Shown here piece after piece: positions 16,843 to 26,998 of a DNA stretch of 35,001 bases. The DNA is from Pseudolabrys sp. (lineage in GTDB: Bacteria; Pseudomonadota; Alphaproteobacteria; Rhizobiales; Xanthobacteraceae): assembly GCA_036278575.1 (NCBI GenBank), contig DASUKT010000300.1:1-35001 (forward strand), in the 5' to 3' direction. Under the pieces are notes generated by a model. The model saw only the letters and a list, made by a program, of their open reading frames with translations, did not search any database and had not been told where the DNA came from. Numbering within the stretch: the first letter of the stretch is position 1; each line of letters begins with the position of its first letter. A program made the position numbers and the translations under genes.

Positions 16843-17682
16843 ATGGTCGCGCTCGATCCGCGCATCAATGCGTTCCGGCCCGAACTGGCGGCGAAACATT
16901 TGCAAGGACAGGTCGAGGCGACAAAATTCGTCGAAGGCACGTTCCGGCAAGTCGTCGAGCCGCAGGTCGCACTGCGGCGGCGTCCTTCCCACGATGCGCC
17001 GCTCGATACCGAAGCGCTGCTGGGCGAACGCGTGACCGTCTATGAGACGACCGACGAAGGTTGGGCATGGGGTCAGCTCGAAAACGATGGCTACGTCGGG
17101 TGGCTTTCGGCGGGCGCGCTCGATTCGATCGGCACCGCACCGACGCACAAAGTTTCAGCGCTGCGCACGCTTGGCTTTCCGGGCCCGGACATCAAGCTGC
17201 CGCCGATCGCAACGCTGCCGTTCGGCGCGCGCGTGGCGATCATAAGGCAGGATGAGCGTTTCGCTGTGACGGCTGCCGGTTTGCACTTGCCTGTCGTGCA
17301 TGTTGCGCCGCTGAAATCGAAAGAAAAGGATTTTGTCGCGGTCGCGCAGCGCTTTCTCGGCACCCCCTACCTTTGGGGCGGCAAGACATCGCTCGGCATC
17401 GATTGCTCGGGCCTGGTGCAAGTTGCACTGCAAGCCGCCGGCCTCCCATGCCCGCGCGATAGCGACATGCAGGAGCTGGCGCTCGGGCGCGCTTCGTCCT
17501 TGGCCGACTTGAAACGCGGCGATCTCGTGTTCTGGAAGGGCCACGTCGCAATTGCGTGTGACGGCAAGACACTGCTGCATGCGAACGCGCACCACATGAT
17601 GGTCGCGACCGAACCGCTGAAGGCCGCAATCGCGCGCATCCGAGCCACCGGCAGCGAGATCACGACTGTAAAGCACCTTTAA
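16843..17682 (+). CDS. NlpC/P60 (C40) peptidase with N-terminal SH3-like domain
   Basis: LDPRINAFRPELAA, GWAWGQLENDGYVGW, FLGTPYLWGGK, GIDCSGLVQ, GDLVFWKGHVAI, LHANAHHM. Start moved to ATG 16843 because the upstream ORF extension is repeat-derived. Confidence 0.93.
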   Translation: MVALDPRINAFRPELAAKHLQGQVEATKFVEGTFRQVVEPQVALRRRPSHDAPLDTEALLGERVTVYETTDEGWAWGQLENDGYVGWLSAGALDSIGTAPTHKVSALRTLGFPGPDIKLPPIATLPFGARVAIIRQDERFAVTAAGLHLPVVHVAPLKSKEKDFVAVAQRFLGTPYLWGGKTSLGIDCSGLVQVALQAAGLPCPRDSDMQELALGRASSLADLKRGDLVFWKGHVAIACDGKTLLHANAHHMMVATEPLKAAIARIRATGSEITTVKHL

Positions 17683-17711
17683 GTCATTGATATAGCATGA
17701 ATTTGTTCCTT

Positions 17712-17753
17712 CTTGCAATGGAAACGAATTGCTTTATATTTTTCTATAGGAAA
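17712..17753 (+). promoter_or_regulatory. TA operon promoter with two putative antitoxin operators
   Basis: -35 TTGCAA (17713) and -10 TATATT (17735), 16-nt spacer; imperfect palindromes CTTGC-AAT-GGAAA (17712-17724) and TTTCT-ATA-GGAAA (17741-17753). Confidence 0.55.
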
Positions 17754-17759
17754 AGAAGA

Positions 17760-18137
17760 ATGAAGCTTCAACGCCGTTCTCAGCCGGTCAGCGACTCCGC
17801 CATCGTCGCAAAAGCGACGATCCGCGCGGCCGAGCGGCTCGGCCTGACCAGCCGCGTTGTCGCGCGTGTTCTCGGCGTCTCCGAGGCGACGATCTCGCGG
17901 ATGAGGACCGGCGACTATCCTCTCGCGGCAGGGCAAAAGCCGTTCGAGCTCGCGGTTATGTTCGTGCGGCTCTATCGATCGCTCGACGCTATCGTCGGCG
18001 GCGACGACAAGGTCGCGGGCGAATGGCTGCGCAATAAAAACACCGCACTCAATGCACGGCCGCTGGACTTGATTCAGTCGGTGACAGGACTTGTCAATGT
18101 CGTCCAGTACCTGGACGCTCGACGCGCTCTCATCTAG
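17760..18137 (+). CDS. Xre/MbcA/ParS family antitoxin (HTH plus C-terminal toxin-binding domain)
   Basis: HTH RVVARVLGVSEATISRM; LYRSLDAIVGGDD...WLRNKNTALNARPLDLI...GLVNVVQYLDARR; directly upstream of and overlapping a RES gene. Confidence 0.92.
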   Translation: MKLQRRSQPVSDSAIVAKATIRAAERLGLTSRVVARVLGVSEATISRMRTGDYPLAAGQKPFELAVMFVRLYRSLDAIVGGDDKVAGEWLRNKNTALNARPLDLIQSVTGLVNVVQYLDARRALI

Positions 18138-18864
18138 CGCGCGCAAGGCAGCCGGCCAGTGCTGGCGTTTTGTCGAAGCGCAGCATCACGTTTCGACAGC
18201 CAAGCTGACCGATAATTCCGATGAGCAGCGGCGGCTCGAATTGCTCATCGAAGACAGCAAGCCGGCTGTGCCGGAGGAGTGCCAGCATCTGAGCTATCTC
18301 CTCTACACGCCATTTCGCTACCGGCCCTATCCGATGGGATCGCGATTTCGTCGTGCGGGCTTCACACCCGGCGTCTTTTACGCGTCGGCTTTGGTCGAGA
18401 CCGCCGCAGCGGAAATGACGTTTCACCGCCTTTTGTTTTTTGCCGAATCGCCTGATACGCCGTGGCCCACAAATGCGGCCGAGTATACGGGATTTTCCGT
18501 CGCTTATTCCGCCGCGCGGTCAATCGATCTTACCGGCCCGGCTTTCGTGAAACGACGCAAGGCCTGGATCCATCCGACGGATTACCAAGCCTGTCAGGAT
18601 TTGAGCGATGCTGCGCGTGCCGCGCAAATCGACATCATCAAATATGAATCGGCCCGTGCGCCTGACCACGCCATCAACATTGCGATCCTGACCTGCCGTT
18701 CGTTTGCCAGCCCGAGCGAGATCGAGCGGCAAACATGGCGGATTTATCTCGCCGCATACGGCGCGCGCGTCATGCGCGAATTTCCCAGGATGGTGCTGGA
18801 ATTCGATCGCATGGCGTTTTCAAACGATCCACGCATCGCGCAAATGAAATGGGAACGCGGGTGA
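18097..18864 (+). CDS. RES family toxin (NAD+ phosphorylase/mART fold)
   Basis: WRFVEAQ (R), LLYTPFRY, GSRFRR, GVFYAS, TAAAEM (E), DYQACQ, YESAR (S); 41-nt overlap with the antitoxin. Confidence 0.92.
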   Translation: MSSSTWTLDALSSSARKAAGQCWRFVEAQHHVSTAKLTDNSDEQRRLELLIEDSKPAVPEECQHLSYLLYTPFRYRPYPMGSRFRRAGFTPGVFYASALVETAAAEMTFHRLLFFAESPDTPWPTNAAEYTGFSVAYSAARSIDLTGPAFVKRRKAWIHPTDYQACQDLSDAARAAQIDIIKYESARAPDHAINIAILTCRSFASPSEIERQTWRIYLAAYGARVMREFPRMVLEFDRMAFSNDPRIAQMKWERG

Positions 18865-18882
18865 CCGGCGGTTGCGCGCTTC

Positions 18883-20529
18883 CTATTGCGCGACGACCCC
18901 TTCGCCCGCGGTTTCCAGATTGAACGCCGCCGCAAACAGCGCGCGGGTGTAATCGCTTTTCGGCGCTTTGAACAAGTCGGCCGCCGCTCCCTCCTCCACC
19001 ACCTTGCCATTGCGCAACACGACGAGCCGGCTCGCGAGCGCTGCCACCACGCGCAGATCATGCGAGATGAACATGTAGGTCAGGTCTCGACGCCGCTGAA
19101 GATCGCGAAGCAGATCGACCATCTGCGTCTGAATGAGCATGTCGAGCGCGCTCGTCGGCTCGTCGAGCACCACGAACGTCGGCTCAAGCACGATAGCGCG
19201 CGCAAGCGCAATGCGCTGGCGCTGTCCGCCTGAAAATTCGTGCGGATATCGGTTGCGCGTTTCCGGATCGAGACCGACATCGCGTAGCGCGCCAATCACG
19301 CGCTCTTCGCGCTCTGCGCGCGACATATGCGGGTGGTGCACCCACATCCCCTCTTCGATGATATCCGCCACCGACATGCGCGGACTGAGCGAGCCATAAG
19401 GGTCCTGAAACACGATCTGCATGTCGTGCCGGAACGGGCGCATTTCCTTGAACTTCAGGCTCTGAATCGCCTTGCCAAGGAATACGATTGGTCCATCCGA
19501 CGAAATCAGCCGCAGGATTGCAAGGCCAAGCGTCGTTTTGCCCGAGCCGGACTCGCCGACGACACCGAGCGTCTCGCCCTTGCGCAGCTGCACGCTGATG
19601 CCATCGACCGCCTTGATGTGGCCGACCACCTTGCGCAGCACGCCGCGCTTGACCGGAAACCAGACCTTGAGATCGTCCGTCTCAACGACGACCGGTGCAT
19701 CCGGCCGCGGCGGCGCCGGATCGGGCTTCGGCTCGGCGGCAAGCAGCTGCCGCGTGTAGGGATGTTCCGGATTGGTATAGACCTGCTCGACGGGCCCCTG
19801 CTCGACGATATGGCCCTTGCTCATCACGCAAACCCGGTCGGCGAGCTTGCGCACGATGCCGAGGTCATGCGTGATGAACAAAAGGGACATGCCCATGCGT
19901 TGCTGAATGTCCTTCAGCAGCTTCAGAATTTGCGCCTGAACGGTCACGTCGAGCGCGGTTGTCGGTTCATCCGCGATCAAGAGATCGGGCTCGTTGGCAA
20001 GCGCCATGGCAATCATCACGCGCTGGCGCTGACCGCCGGAAAGCTGGTGCGGATAGGCGCCAAGGCGGCTCTCAGGGTCGCGGATGCCGACCTGCCCCAA
20101 CAGTTCGACGATACGCGCGCGCGCCGCTTCGCCGGTGATGCCGCGGTGCAGCAGCAGGGTCTCGCCGATCTGCTTCTCGATCGTGTGCAGCGGATTAAGC
20201 GAGGTCATCGGCTCCTGAAAGACGATCGTAATGTCGTCGCCGCGCACGCGCCGCAGTTCGCGCTCATTCATGGCGAGCAGATCCTGTCCCTTGAAGAGAA
20301 CCGAACCTGACGGATGATGCGCCGGCGGATAGGGCAGCAACTTCATGATCGAAAGCGCCGTCACCGACTTGCCGGAGCCGGACTCGCCGACGAGAGCCAC
20401 CGTCTCGCCCTTGCCGATGTCGAACGAGATGCGGTCAACCGCCAACACTCGGCGCTCGCCCTGCCCGAAGGCGACGGAGAGATCGCGGACGGAGAGTAAT
20501 TTGTTTGCGGGTCCTTCCATCGCGATCAC
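18883..20529 (-). CDS. yejF: ABC transporter fused dual ATP-binding protein YejF
   Basis: Two ABC domains: [36 protein letters not shown]; GTGA overlap with the yejE stop. Confidence 0.92.
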   Translation of the reverse strand: MIAMEGPANKLLSVRDLSVAFGQGERRVLAVDRISFDIGKGETVALVGESGSGKSVTALSIMKLLPYPPAHHPSGSVLFKGQDLLAMNERELRRVRGDDITIVFQEPMTSLNPLHTIEKQIGETLLLHRGITGEAARARIVELLGQVGIRDPESRLGAYPHQLSGGQRQRVMIAMALANEPDLLIADEPTTALDVTVQAQILKLLKDIQQRMGMSLLFITHDLGIVRKLADRVCVMSKGHIVEQGPVEQVYTNPEHPYTRQLLAAEPKPDPAPPRPDAPVVVETDDLKVWFPVKRGVLRKVVGHIKAVDGISVQLRKGETLGVVGESGSGKTTLGLAILRLISSDGPIVFLGKAIQSLKFKEMRPFRHDMQIVFQDPYGSLSPRMSVADIIEEGMWVHHPHMSRAEREERVIGALRDVGLDPETRNRYPHEFSGGQRQRIALARAIVLEPTFVVLDEPTSALDMLIQTQMVDLLRDLQRRRDLTYMFISHDLRVVAALASRLVVLRNGKVVEEGAAADLFKAPKSDYTRALFAAAFNLETAGEGVVAQ

Positions 20530-21719
20530 CTGAACGTCTTTCGCGGGTCGAAGGCGTCGCGCACCGCCTCACCGATGAAAATCAGCAACGACAGCATGAT
20601 GGCGACCGCGAAAAAGCCCGTAAATCCGAGCCACGGCGCCTGCACGTTGGCCTTGGCCTGCGAGAGCATTTCGCCAAGCGAGGGCGAGCCCGGCGGTAAG
20701 CCGAAGCCGAGGAAATCGAGCGCGGTCAGCGTCATCACGGATGATGAGAGAATGAACGGCAGGAACGTCATGGTCGCCACCATCGCATTGGGCAGCAAAT
20801 GCCGGAACATGATGACCGCATTCGACACGCCGAGCGCACGCGCGGCCTGGATGTATTCAAAATTTCGTCCGCGTAGAAATTCCGCCCGTACCAAGCCCAC
20901 GAGCGACACCCAGGAGAAGAGAAGTAGAATCCCGAGTAACACGAAGAAACCGGGGACCAACACGGAAGAAATAATCAGCAGCAGATAAAGCGAAGGGATC
21001 GACGTCCAGATTTCGATGAACCGCTGGAACAGCAAGTCGGTCCAGCCGCCGAAGAAACCCTGCACCGCGCCCGCAGCGACGCCGATGATCGAGGAAACGA
21101 TCGTCAGGCAAAGGCCGAACAGGACTGAAATGCGGAAGCCGTAGATCAGGCGCGCCAGTACGTCGCGCCCCCCGTCGTCGGTGCCGAGCCAGTTGTATTC
21201 AAGATCGCCGCATTTGGCGAAGTTGTGCGTGTCGGCAAACTCGCAGTCCTTCTTTGTCAGCAGCCACGTGGGCTTCGACGGGAACGGCGACGGCGGCTTG
21301 CTCACCTGCGTGTTGTAGGAGAAGCGGACCGGCGGCCACAGCATCGTGCCGCCTTCCTTCTTGATCAGATCGAGCAGATACGGATCGCGATAATCGGCCG
21401 CGGTGCCGAAAAGGTTAGGATCTTCCTTGTCGCTGAAGGCCGTGTCCGGATACGTGACGAAAACCGGGAAGAACCAGTGGCCGTTGACGTGAACGTAAAT
21501 CGGCTTGTCGTTCGCAATGAATTCGGCAAAGAGCGAAATCACGAACAGGATCATGAAAATCCAGAGCGACCAGTACCCGCGCCGATTCGATTTGAAACTT
21601 TCCCAGCGCCGACGGTTGATCGGCGACAGGCCGACGCGCTGACCGGTCGGCGGCACATCCAAGCCGATCGTTCCGACGGCTGTCGTCTCGGGAGTCTCGA
21701 TGCCGGTGCGGGTATCCAC
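20526..21719 (-). CDS. yejE: ABC transporter permease YejE
   Basis: LSPINRRRW, FAEFIANDKP, WLGTDDGGRDVLARLIYGFRIS, VRDAFDPRKT. Confidence 0.93.
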   Translation of the reverse strand: MDTRTGIETPETTAVGTIGLDVPPTGQRVGLSPINRRRWESFKSNRRGYWSLWIFMILFVISLFAEFIANDKPIYVHVNGHWFFPVFVTYPDTAFSDKEDPNLFGTAADYRDPYLLDLIKKEGGTMLWPPVRFSYNTQVSKPPSPFPSKPTWLLTKKDCEFADTHNFAKCGDLEYNWLGTDDGGRDVLARLIYGFRISVLFGLCLTIVSSIIGVAAGAVQGFFGGWTDLLFQRFIEIWTSIPSLYLLLIISSVLVPGFFVLLGILLLFSWVSLVGLVRAEFLRGRNFEYIQAARALGVSNAVIMFRHLLPNAMVATMTFLPFILSSSVMTLTALDFLGFGLPPGSPSLGEMLSQAKANVQAPWLGFTGFFAVAIMLSLLIFIGEAVRDAFDPRKTFR

Positions 21720-22835
21720 TCACACCTCCCGCGTCTCGAAATCGATGCGCGGATCGACCCAGGTATAGGTGAGATCGGAGATCAGGTTCACCACGAGCCC
21801 GACGAGCGAAAAGATGTAGAGCGTGGCAAACACGACCGGGTAATCGCGGTTGAGCACGCTCTCGAAACCGAGCAGGCCCAGCCCGTCGAGCGAAAAAATC
21901 GTCTCGATCAGCAGCGAGCCGGTGAAAAATGCGTGCACGAACGCGCCGGGAAATCCGGCAATCACGATCAACATCGCGTTGCGGAAGATGTGACCATAAA
22001 GAACCTGCGTGCGCGTGCAGCCTTTTGCACGCGCCGTGAGGACGTACTGCTTACGAATCTCGTCGAGGAACGAGTTCTTGGTCAGCAGTGTCATGGTGGC
22101 GAAGGCCGACAGCGCCATGGACGTAATCGGCAGCACCAGATGCCAGAAATAGTCGCCGATCTTCTGCCACCACGTGAGCTCGGCCCAGTTGTCGGAAAAC
22201 AACCCCCGCAACGGAAACCAGTCGAAAAACGAGCCGCCGGCAAACAGAATGATCAAAAGGATTGCGAACAGGAATCCGGGAATGGCATAGCCGACGATGA
22301 TGACGCCCGACGTCCACACGTCGAAACGCGAGCCGTCTTCCACCGCCTTGCGGATACCAAGCGGAATCGAAATCAGATACGTCATCAAGGTCATCCAGAT
22401 GCCGAGCGAGATGGATACCGGTAATTTCTCCTTGATGAGCTGCAGCACGCTCACGTCGCGGAAATAGCTTTTGCCGAAATCGAAGCGCGCGTAGTTCCAC
22501 AGCATCAGGAAAAAGCGCTCATACGCCGGCTTGTCGAAGCCAAACTGCTTTTCCAGGCTCTTGATGAATTCCGGATCGAGTCCCTGCGCGCCTCGGTATT
22601 TCGAATTGATCGCGTTGCCTTGAGCGCCGCCTTGCGCGAGGCCGCGCGCCCCGAAGTCGCCTCCGGGCGAGCCTGAAATCCGGGACGTGGCGCCGGTATC
22701 GGCGCCGGAAAGCCTTGCAATGACCTGCTCGACCGGCCCGCCCGGCGCAAACTGCACCACAACAAACGAAACCAGCATGATGCCGAGAATGGTCGGCACC
22801 ATCAGCAGCAAGCGGCGGATCAGGTAGGCGGCCAT
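21720..22835 (-). CDS. yejB: ABC transporter permease YejB
   Basis: [46 protein letters not shown]. Confidence 0.95.
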   Translation of the reverse strand: MAAYLIRRLLLMVPTILGIMLVSFVVVQFAPGGPVEQVIARLSGADTGATSRISGSPGGDFGARGLAQGGAQGNAINSKYRGAQGLDPEFIKSLEKQFGFDKPAYERFFLMLWNYARFDFGKSYFRDVSVLQLIKEKLPVSISLGIWMTLMTYLISIPLGIRKAVEDGSRFDVWTSGVIIVGYAIPGFLFAILLIILFAGGSFFDWFPLRGLFSDNWAELTWWQKIGDYFWHLVLPITSMALSAFATMTLLTKNSFLDEIRKQYVLTARAKGCTRTQVLYGHIFRNAMLIVIAGFPGAFVHAFFTGSLLIETIFSLDGLGLLGFESVLNRDYPVVFATLYIFSLVGLVVNLISDLTYTWVDPRIDFETREV

Positions 22836-22865
22836 GAGACTCCTGTTAGCGTGTTATCCTGTCCT

Positions 22866-23072
22866 CGTCATCCTGAGCTGCGCGGCCAACGGGTCCGGCC
22901 AAAGGCCGGGCCGATGGTACACTCCGCCGCGCCTCGAAGGATTGACGGCCCGCGATTGCCCATCGTCCACCAATATCGGGTTTACCCGATATTGGATTCA
23001 AACGCGCACAAGTCGGCTATAGCCGACTTGTGATGGCTCGCGCGCTTCGCACGCGCGCACCTCAGCATGACG
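22866..23072. repeat. Composite/nested palindromic MITE-like element
   Basis: Terminal IR CGTCATCCTGAGCTGCGCG / CGCGCACCTCAGCATGACG (17 of 19 match). Internal hairpins: CCGGCC-AAA-GGCCGG, CCAATATCGGGT-TT-ACCCGATATTGG (22970-22995) and a perfect 26-bp palindrome CACAAGTCGGCTATAGCCGACTTGTG (23007-23032). Confidence 0.85.
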
Positions 23073-23080
23073 GTCGTAAG

Positions 23081-24934
23081 TCAGTCCCTTTGCTTCAGTT
23101 TCGCGGCCTTCGCTGCGTCGTACCACCACGTCTCCGGAATTCCGCGGAAATAGCGCGGCTGCTGCGGCGGAAAACCGAACACATCCCAGTAGGCGATCCA
23201 ATGGGTCGCCTTGTACCACTGGGGAATCCAATAGCGTCCGGCCCGAACGACGCGATCGAGCGCCCGGCAAGCGGTCGTCAGGTCATTGCGGGTCTTCGCC
23301 GCGATGATCTTATCGATAAGCGCGTCGATGACCGGATCCGCGATGCCGGCAAGATTTTGCGAGCCTTTTGTTTTCGCCGCCTGCGACGACAAGTAGGTGC
23401 GTAGTGAATCGCCCGGCGTCGACGAAAAGCTCATGCGCTCGATCGTGATATCGAAATCGAAACCGTCGACCCGCGCGCGGTATTGCACCGGATCGACCAG
23501 CCGCAGCCTGGCGTCGATGCCGAGAATGCCGAGATTGCGGATATACGGCAGGTGGTGCGGCTGCAGTTGCGGCTCTTCTATCAGGAACTCGATGGTGATC
23601 GGCTTGCCATCCGGCAACACACGCTTTCCATTTTTGATCGCGCAGCCTGCCACGGTGAGCAGTCCGGCGGCCTTGTGAAGCGCGCGGCGATCCCGGCCAG
23701 TCCCATCCGTAACCGGCGGCAGATAGGCTTCGCCGAATACTTCGTCAGGCACCTTGCCACGGAACGGTTCGAGCAAGGCGAGTTCTTCCGGCCCCGGTTT
23801 TCCTTTCGCCATCATCGGCGAGTTCTGGAAGATCGACACGGTGCGGTCGTAGGAGCCATACATCACCGTCTTGTTGGTCCATTCGAAATCGAAAGCATCG
23901 ATCAGCGCCTCGCGCACGCGCCGATCCTTGAATTGCGGGCGGCGCGTGTTGATGAACCAGCCCTGCGCACCGGATGGCGTATCGTCCGGCAATACCGCGC
24001 GCTTGACACGCCCATCCTTGATCGCAGGGAAATTATACCGCGTCGCCCACGTCCGCGAGGTGAACTCTTCGCGGAACAGATAGTTGCCGGCGGTGAACCC
24101 CTCGAAGGCGACGTCGCGGTCGCGGTAATATTCGAAGCGCATCACGTCAAAATTGTTTTGCCCACGCGAGACCGGCAGGTCGGCACCCCACCAGTCCTTC
24201 ACGCGATTGAATTCGATATAACGGCCCACCTCGAATTTCCCGACCTTGTAGCCTCCGCTGCCGAGTGGAATATCGAGCGTCGTCTCGCCGAATTTCTTTT
24301 TCGAGTAATAGCTGCGCGAAAAAATCGGCAACCCGGCGACAAAAAGCGGAACATCGCGGGCGCGCTTTTCGGCAAAGCGGACGATGACCGTACGGTCGTC
24401 GATCGCCTCTGCTCCTTCAAAGTCACGCAACGTTTGCGTGATGATCGGGTGCCCTTTTTCCTTCAGCGTCGTCAGCGAAAATACAACGTCATGCGCGGTG
24501 AGCGGGGTGCCGTCGTGGAACGACGCCTCCGGGCGCAGCAAAAACCGGTAGATCAGTCCATCGTCGGAGATTTGGACGGCGCGCGCGGCAAAGCCATACA
24601 TGGCGTCCGGCTCGTCACCCGAACGGGCCATCAGGGTCGCGAACGTGTAATCCATGCCGAAAGCGCCGTTACCCTTGAGAATATAGGTGTTGAGCGAATC
24701 GAAGGTGAGGAACGAGCCGTTATAGCCGCGGCTGACAACGACTTCGGAATAGCGCCCGCCCTTTGGCGCGTCAGGATTGACGTATTTGAAGTGCCTGAAG
24801 TCTGCCGGATAGTTCAGGTCGCCGAAGGCCGACATGCCGTGCCGCGCGGCATTCTGCGCGAAGACTGGCAAAATAAATCTTGTCGCGGCGAGCGCGCCGA
24901 CCGGCAGAATAAGTGCGTGGCGCCGCGTAATCAC
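23081..24934 (-). CDS. yejA: YejA-like extracellular solute-binding protein (copy 2)
   Basis: HFKYVNPDAPKGG, TFDSLN, GSGGYKVG, YYRDRDVAFEGF. Start is probably GTG 24934 (GTGA overlap with the copy 1 stop), giving Tat-like MITRRHAL. Confidence 0.9.
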   Translation of the reverse strand: MITRRHALILPVGALAATRFILPVFAQNAARHGMSAFGDLNYPADFRHFKYVNPDAPKGGRYSEVVVSRGYNGSFLTFDSLNTYILKGNGAFGMDYTFATLMARSGDEPDAMYGFAARAVQISDDGLIYRFLLRPEASFHDGTPLTAHDVVFSLTTLKEKGHPIITQTLRDFEGAEAIDDRTVIVRFAEKRARDVPLFVAGLPIFSRSYYSKKKFGETTLDIPLGSGGYKVGKFEVGRYIEFNRVKDWWGADLPVSRGQNNFDVMRFEYYRDRDVAFEGFTAGNYLFREEFTSRTWATRYNFPAIKDGRVKRAVLPDDTPSGAQGWFINTRRPQFKDRRVREALIDAFDFEWTNKTVMYGSYDRTVSIFQNSPMMAKGKPGPEELALLEPFRGKVPDEVFGEAYLPPVTDGTGRDRRALHKAAGLLTVAGCAIKNGKRVLPDGKPITIEFLIEEPQLQPHHLPYIRNLGILGIDARLRLVDPVQYRARVDGFDFDITIERMSFSSTPGDSLRTYLSSQAAKTKGSQNLAGIADPVIDALIDKIIAAKTRNDLTTACRALDRVVRAGRYWIPQWYKATHWIAYWDVFGFPPQQPRYFRGIPETWWYDAAKAAKLKQRD

Positions 24935-26799
24935 GATCGTCGCTGCACCTTGGCCGCCTTTTGCGCATCCCACCACCAGATCGTCGGAAACGCCGATAGC
25001 CCGTATTTCGGCATCGTCTCCGGGTGGCTGAAACGGTCCCAGCGCGCGGTACGCACCTTGCCATAGGTCCATTGTGGGACGACGTAAAAATTCCACAGCA
25101 GCACGCGGTCGAGTGCGCGCGTCGCGGCAACGAGTCCGGCACGATCTTTTGCGAAGATCACGCGCTCGATCAACTTATCGACCGCCGGATTCTTGATGCC
25201 AATCAGATTGCGCGAACCCGGCTGATCGGCGGCGCGCGAGCCCCAATAGCCGCGCTGCTCGTTGCCGGGCGAGAGCGATTCGGCCCACGAACCGATGATG
25301 ATGTCGAAATCCCACTGCCGCAGACGGTTCTGGTATTGCGCGGTATCGATCGTACGCACCGACACAGCGATACCGATTCGTTCCAGCGACGGTTTGTAAA
25401 ACAGCATCACGCGCTCGAACGCCGGCTCATCGACCAGCAGTTCCACTGTCATGCGTTCGCTCGTTTTCGCGTTGACGAGCTGCGTGTTTTTTACCTCGTA
25501 GCCGCCCTGCCGCAGAAGCTTGAGCGCCTCGCGCAAATTATTGCGCACATTCTGCGGATTGCCGCCGACCGGATTCGTGTACGGCTTGCTGAAAAGCTCG
25601 GCCGGCACCTGATCGCGCACGGTATTGAGGATTTCGAGCTCCTGGCCGGTGGGAATTCCGGATGAAGCAAGCTCCGTGCCCTCGAAGTAGCTCGCGATAC
25701 GTTTATATTGTCCGTAGAAAAGTTGCCTGTTCATCTCCTCGAAATCGAAGGCAAAATTGAATGCGCGCCGCACCAGCGGATTCTTGAACTTGTCGCGCCG
25801 GATGTTGAGCGCGAAAGCCTGCATGATGCCCATGTTGCGGATGGGAAATTCCTCAAGCGCCACGCGCTTTTCGCGCACCGCCGGAAATCCGTACTCCGTC
25901 GCCCAGTTCTTCGCGCTGGCTTCAATGCGCCAATCGAACTGGTCGGCCTTGAACGCTTCGAGTGCGACGGTCGGATCGCGAAAATAGTCGAAGCGGATTT
26001 GATCGAAGTTGTTGGCGCCGACGTTCACGTTGAGGTCTGCGCCCCAATAATCCTTCACACGCTCGTAGATAATCCAGCGTCCCGCGGTGAATTCCTTGAT
26101 CCGGTAAGGGCCTGAGCCAAGCGGCGGCTCCAACGTGGTCTGTGTGACGTCGCGTTTTTTTCCGGAGCTATCGGTACTTTCCCACCAGTGCTTCGGCAAT
26201 ATTGTAAGTTGTCCGACGATTTGCGGCAGCTCGCGGTTGCCGGCGCCGTCAAAGGTGAAGGTGATTTCGCGCTCGCCCGTTTTCTCTGCCTTCGTTACAT
26301 GCCGATAGTACGCGGCAAGTTGCGGGTCATTTTTTTTGAACACCTCGAACGAATAGATGACGTCTTCGACGGTGACGGGCTTGCCATCGTGCCAGCGTGC
26401 CGCCGCACGCAGGCGATACGTGACGGACGTGCGATCTTCGGGGTAGCTCACGCTTTCGGCCAGAAGTCCGTAATCGGTGGAAACTTCGTCGAGCGCCGGC
26501 GTGGTCAGGTTTTCGTTGATAAATCCGATGCCGCTCGCGAGATTGCCTTTTACGCCCGCGATCACGACGTTGAAATTGTCGAAAGTGCCGGTCGCCGATT
26601 CCCGCACCGCGCCGCCTTTGGGCGCGGCGGGGTTGACGTAGTCAAAATGCTTGAAACTCGCGGGGTAGTGCACATCGCCGAACAGCGACAGACCGTGGCG
26701 CCACGTCTTCTCTTCGGCGGCACGGACGGGCGTCACGACAGCCGGCGCGACAAAAAGCGCCGCAGCGCTGCGCATGAGGCCCCTGCGGGAAAATTTCAT
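24931..26799 (-). CDS. yejA: YejA-like extracellular solute-binding protein (copy 1)
   Basis: Tat signal MKFSRRGLM; HFDYVNPAAPKGG, GTFDNFN, PLGSGPYRI, SPGNEQRGYWGS; GGGAG RBS before ATG 26799. Confidence 0.92.
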   Translation of the reverse strand: MKFSRRGLMRSAAALFVAPAVVTPVRAAEEKTWRHGLSLFGDVHYPASFKHFDYVNPAAPKGGAVRESATGTFDNFNVVIAGVKGNLASGIGFINENLTTPALDEVSTDYGLLAESVSYPEDRTSVTYRLRAAARWHDGKPVTVEDVIYSFEVFKKNDPQLAAYYRHVTKAEKTGEREITFTFDGAGNRELPQIVGQLTILPKHWWESTDSSGKKRDVTQTTLEPPLGSGPYRIKEFTAGRWIIYERVKDYWGADLNVNVGANNFDQIRFDYFRDPTVALEAFKADQFDWRIEASAKNWATEYGFPAVREKRVALEEFPIRNMGIMQAFALNIRRDKFKNPLVRRAFNFAFDFEEMNRQLFYGQYKRIASYFEGTELASSGIPTGQELEILNTVRDQVPAELFSKPYTNPVGGNPQNVRNNLREALKLLRQGGYEVKNTQLVNAKTSERMTVELLVDEPAFERVMLFYKPSLERIGIAVSVRTIDTAQYQNRLRQWDFDIIIGSWAESLSPGNEQRGYWGSRAADQPGSRNLIGIKNPAVDKLIERVIFAKDRAGLVAATRALDRVLLWNFYVVPQWTYGKVRTARWDRFSHPETMPKYGLSAFPTIWWWDAQKAAKVQRRS

Positions 26800-26939
26800 A
26801 AAAACTCCCGTTTCGAATGGTCGTCGTTCGTAACGAAATTCGCGCCGATTATGTCCGTTTTCCGGCTGGATTCCATGTGGCGGATCGGCTGCGACAAACA
26901 GCCAGTTCAACCTGCAAGCCGAATCATCCGTTCCGCCGC

Positions 26940-26972
26940 AAAAACAAAATGGCCGGGCGGATCGCCCGGCCA
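26940..26972 (-). terminator. Rho-independent terminator after cycM
   Basis: TGGCCGGGCG-GAT-CGCCCGGCCA stem (26950-26972) followed on the minus strand by TTTTGTTTTT. Confidence 0.85.
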
Positions 26973-26998
26973 CCACCAATCCTCAGTCCGAACGGCTG

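Noticed and set aside
17678-17695. TTTAAGTCATTGATATAG at the TA cassette boundary, reminiscent of recombinase-binding motifs
   Set aside because: No matching copy seen at the other boundary and no integrase in the window; cannot support an att site
22866-23072. Possible CRISPR array or tRNA-like structure among hairpin clusters
   Set aside because: No regularly spaced direct repeats with spacers, no cas genes, no tRNA T/D-loop signatures
23483-25066. 527-aa plus-strand ORF, and similar ones at 19327-20310, 21225-22424 and 26188-27252
   Set aside because: Antisense shadows of the yej genes
24935-25096. Apparent 166-nt overlap between the two yejA ORFs
   Set aside because: Artefact of longest-ORF start choice; GTG 24934 gives a normal 4-nt overlap and a signal peptide
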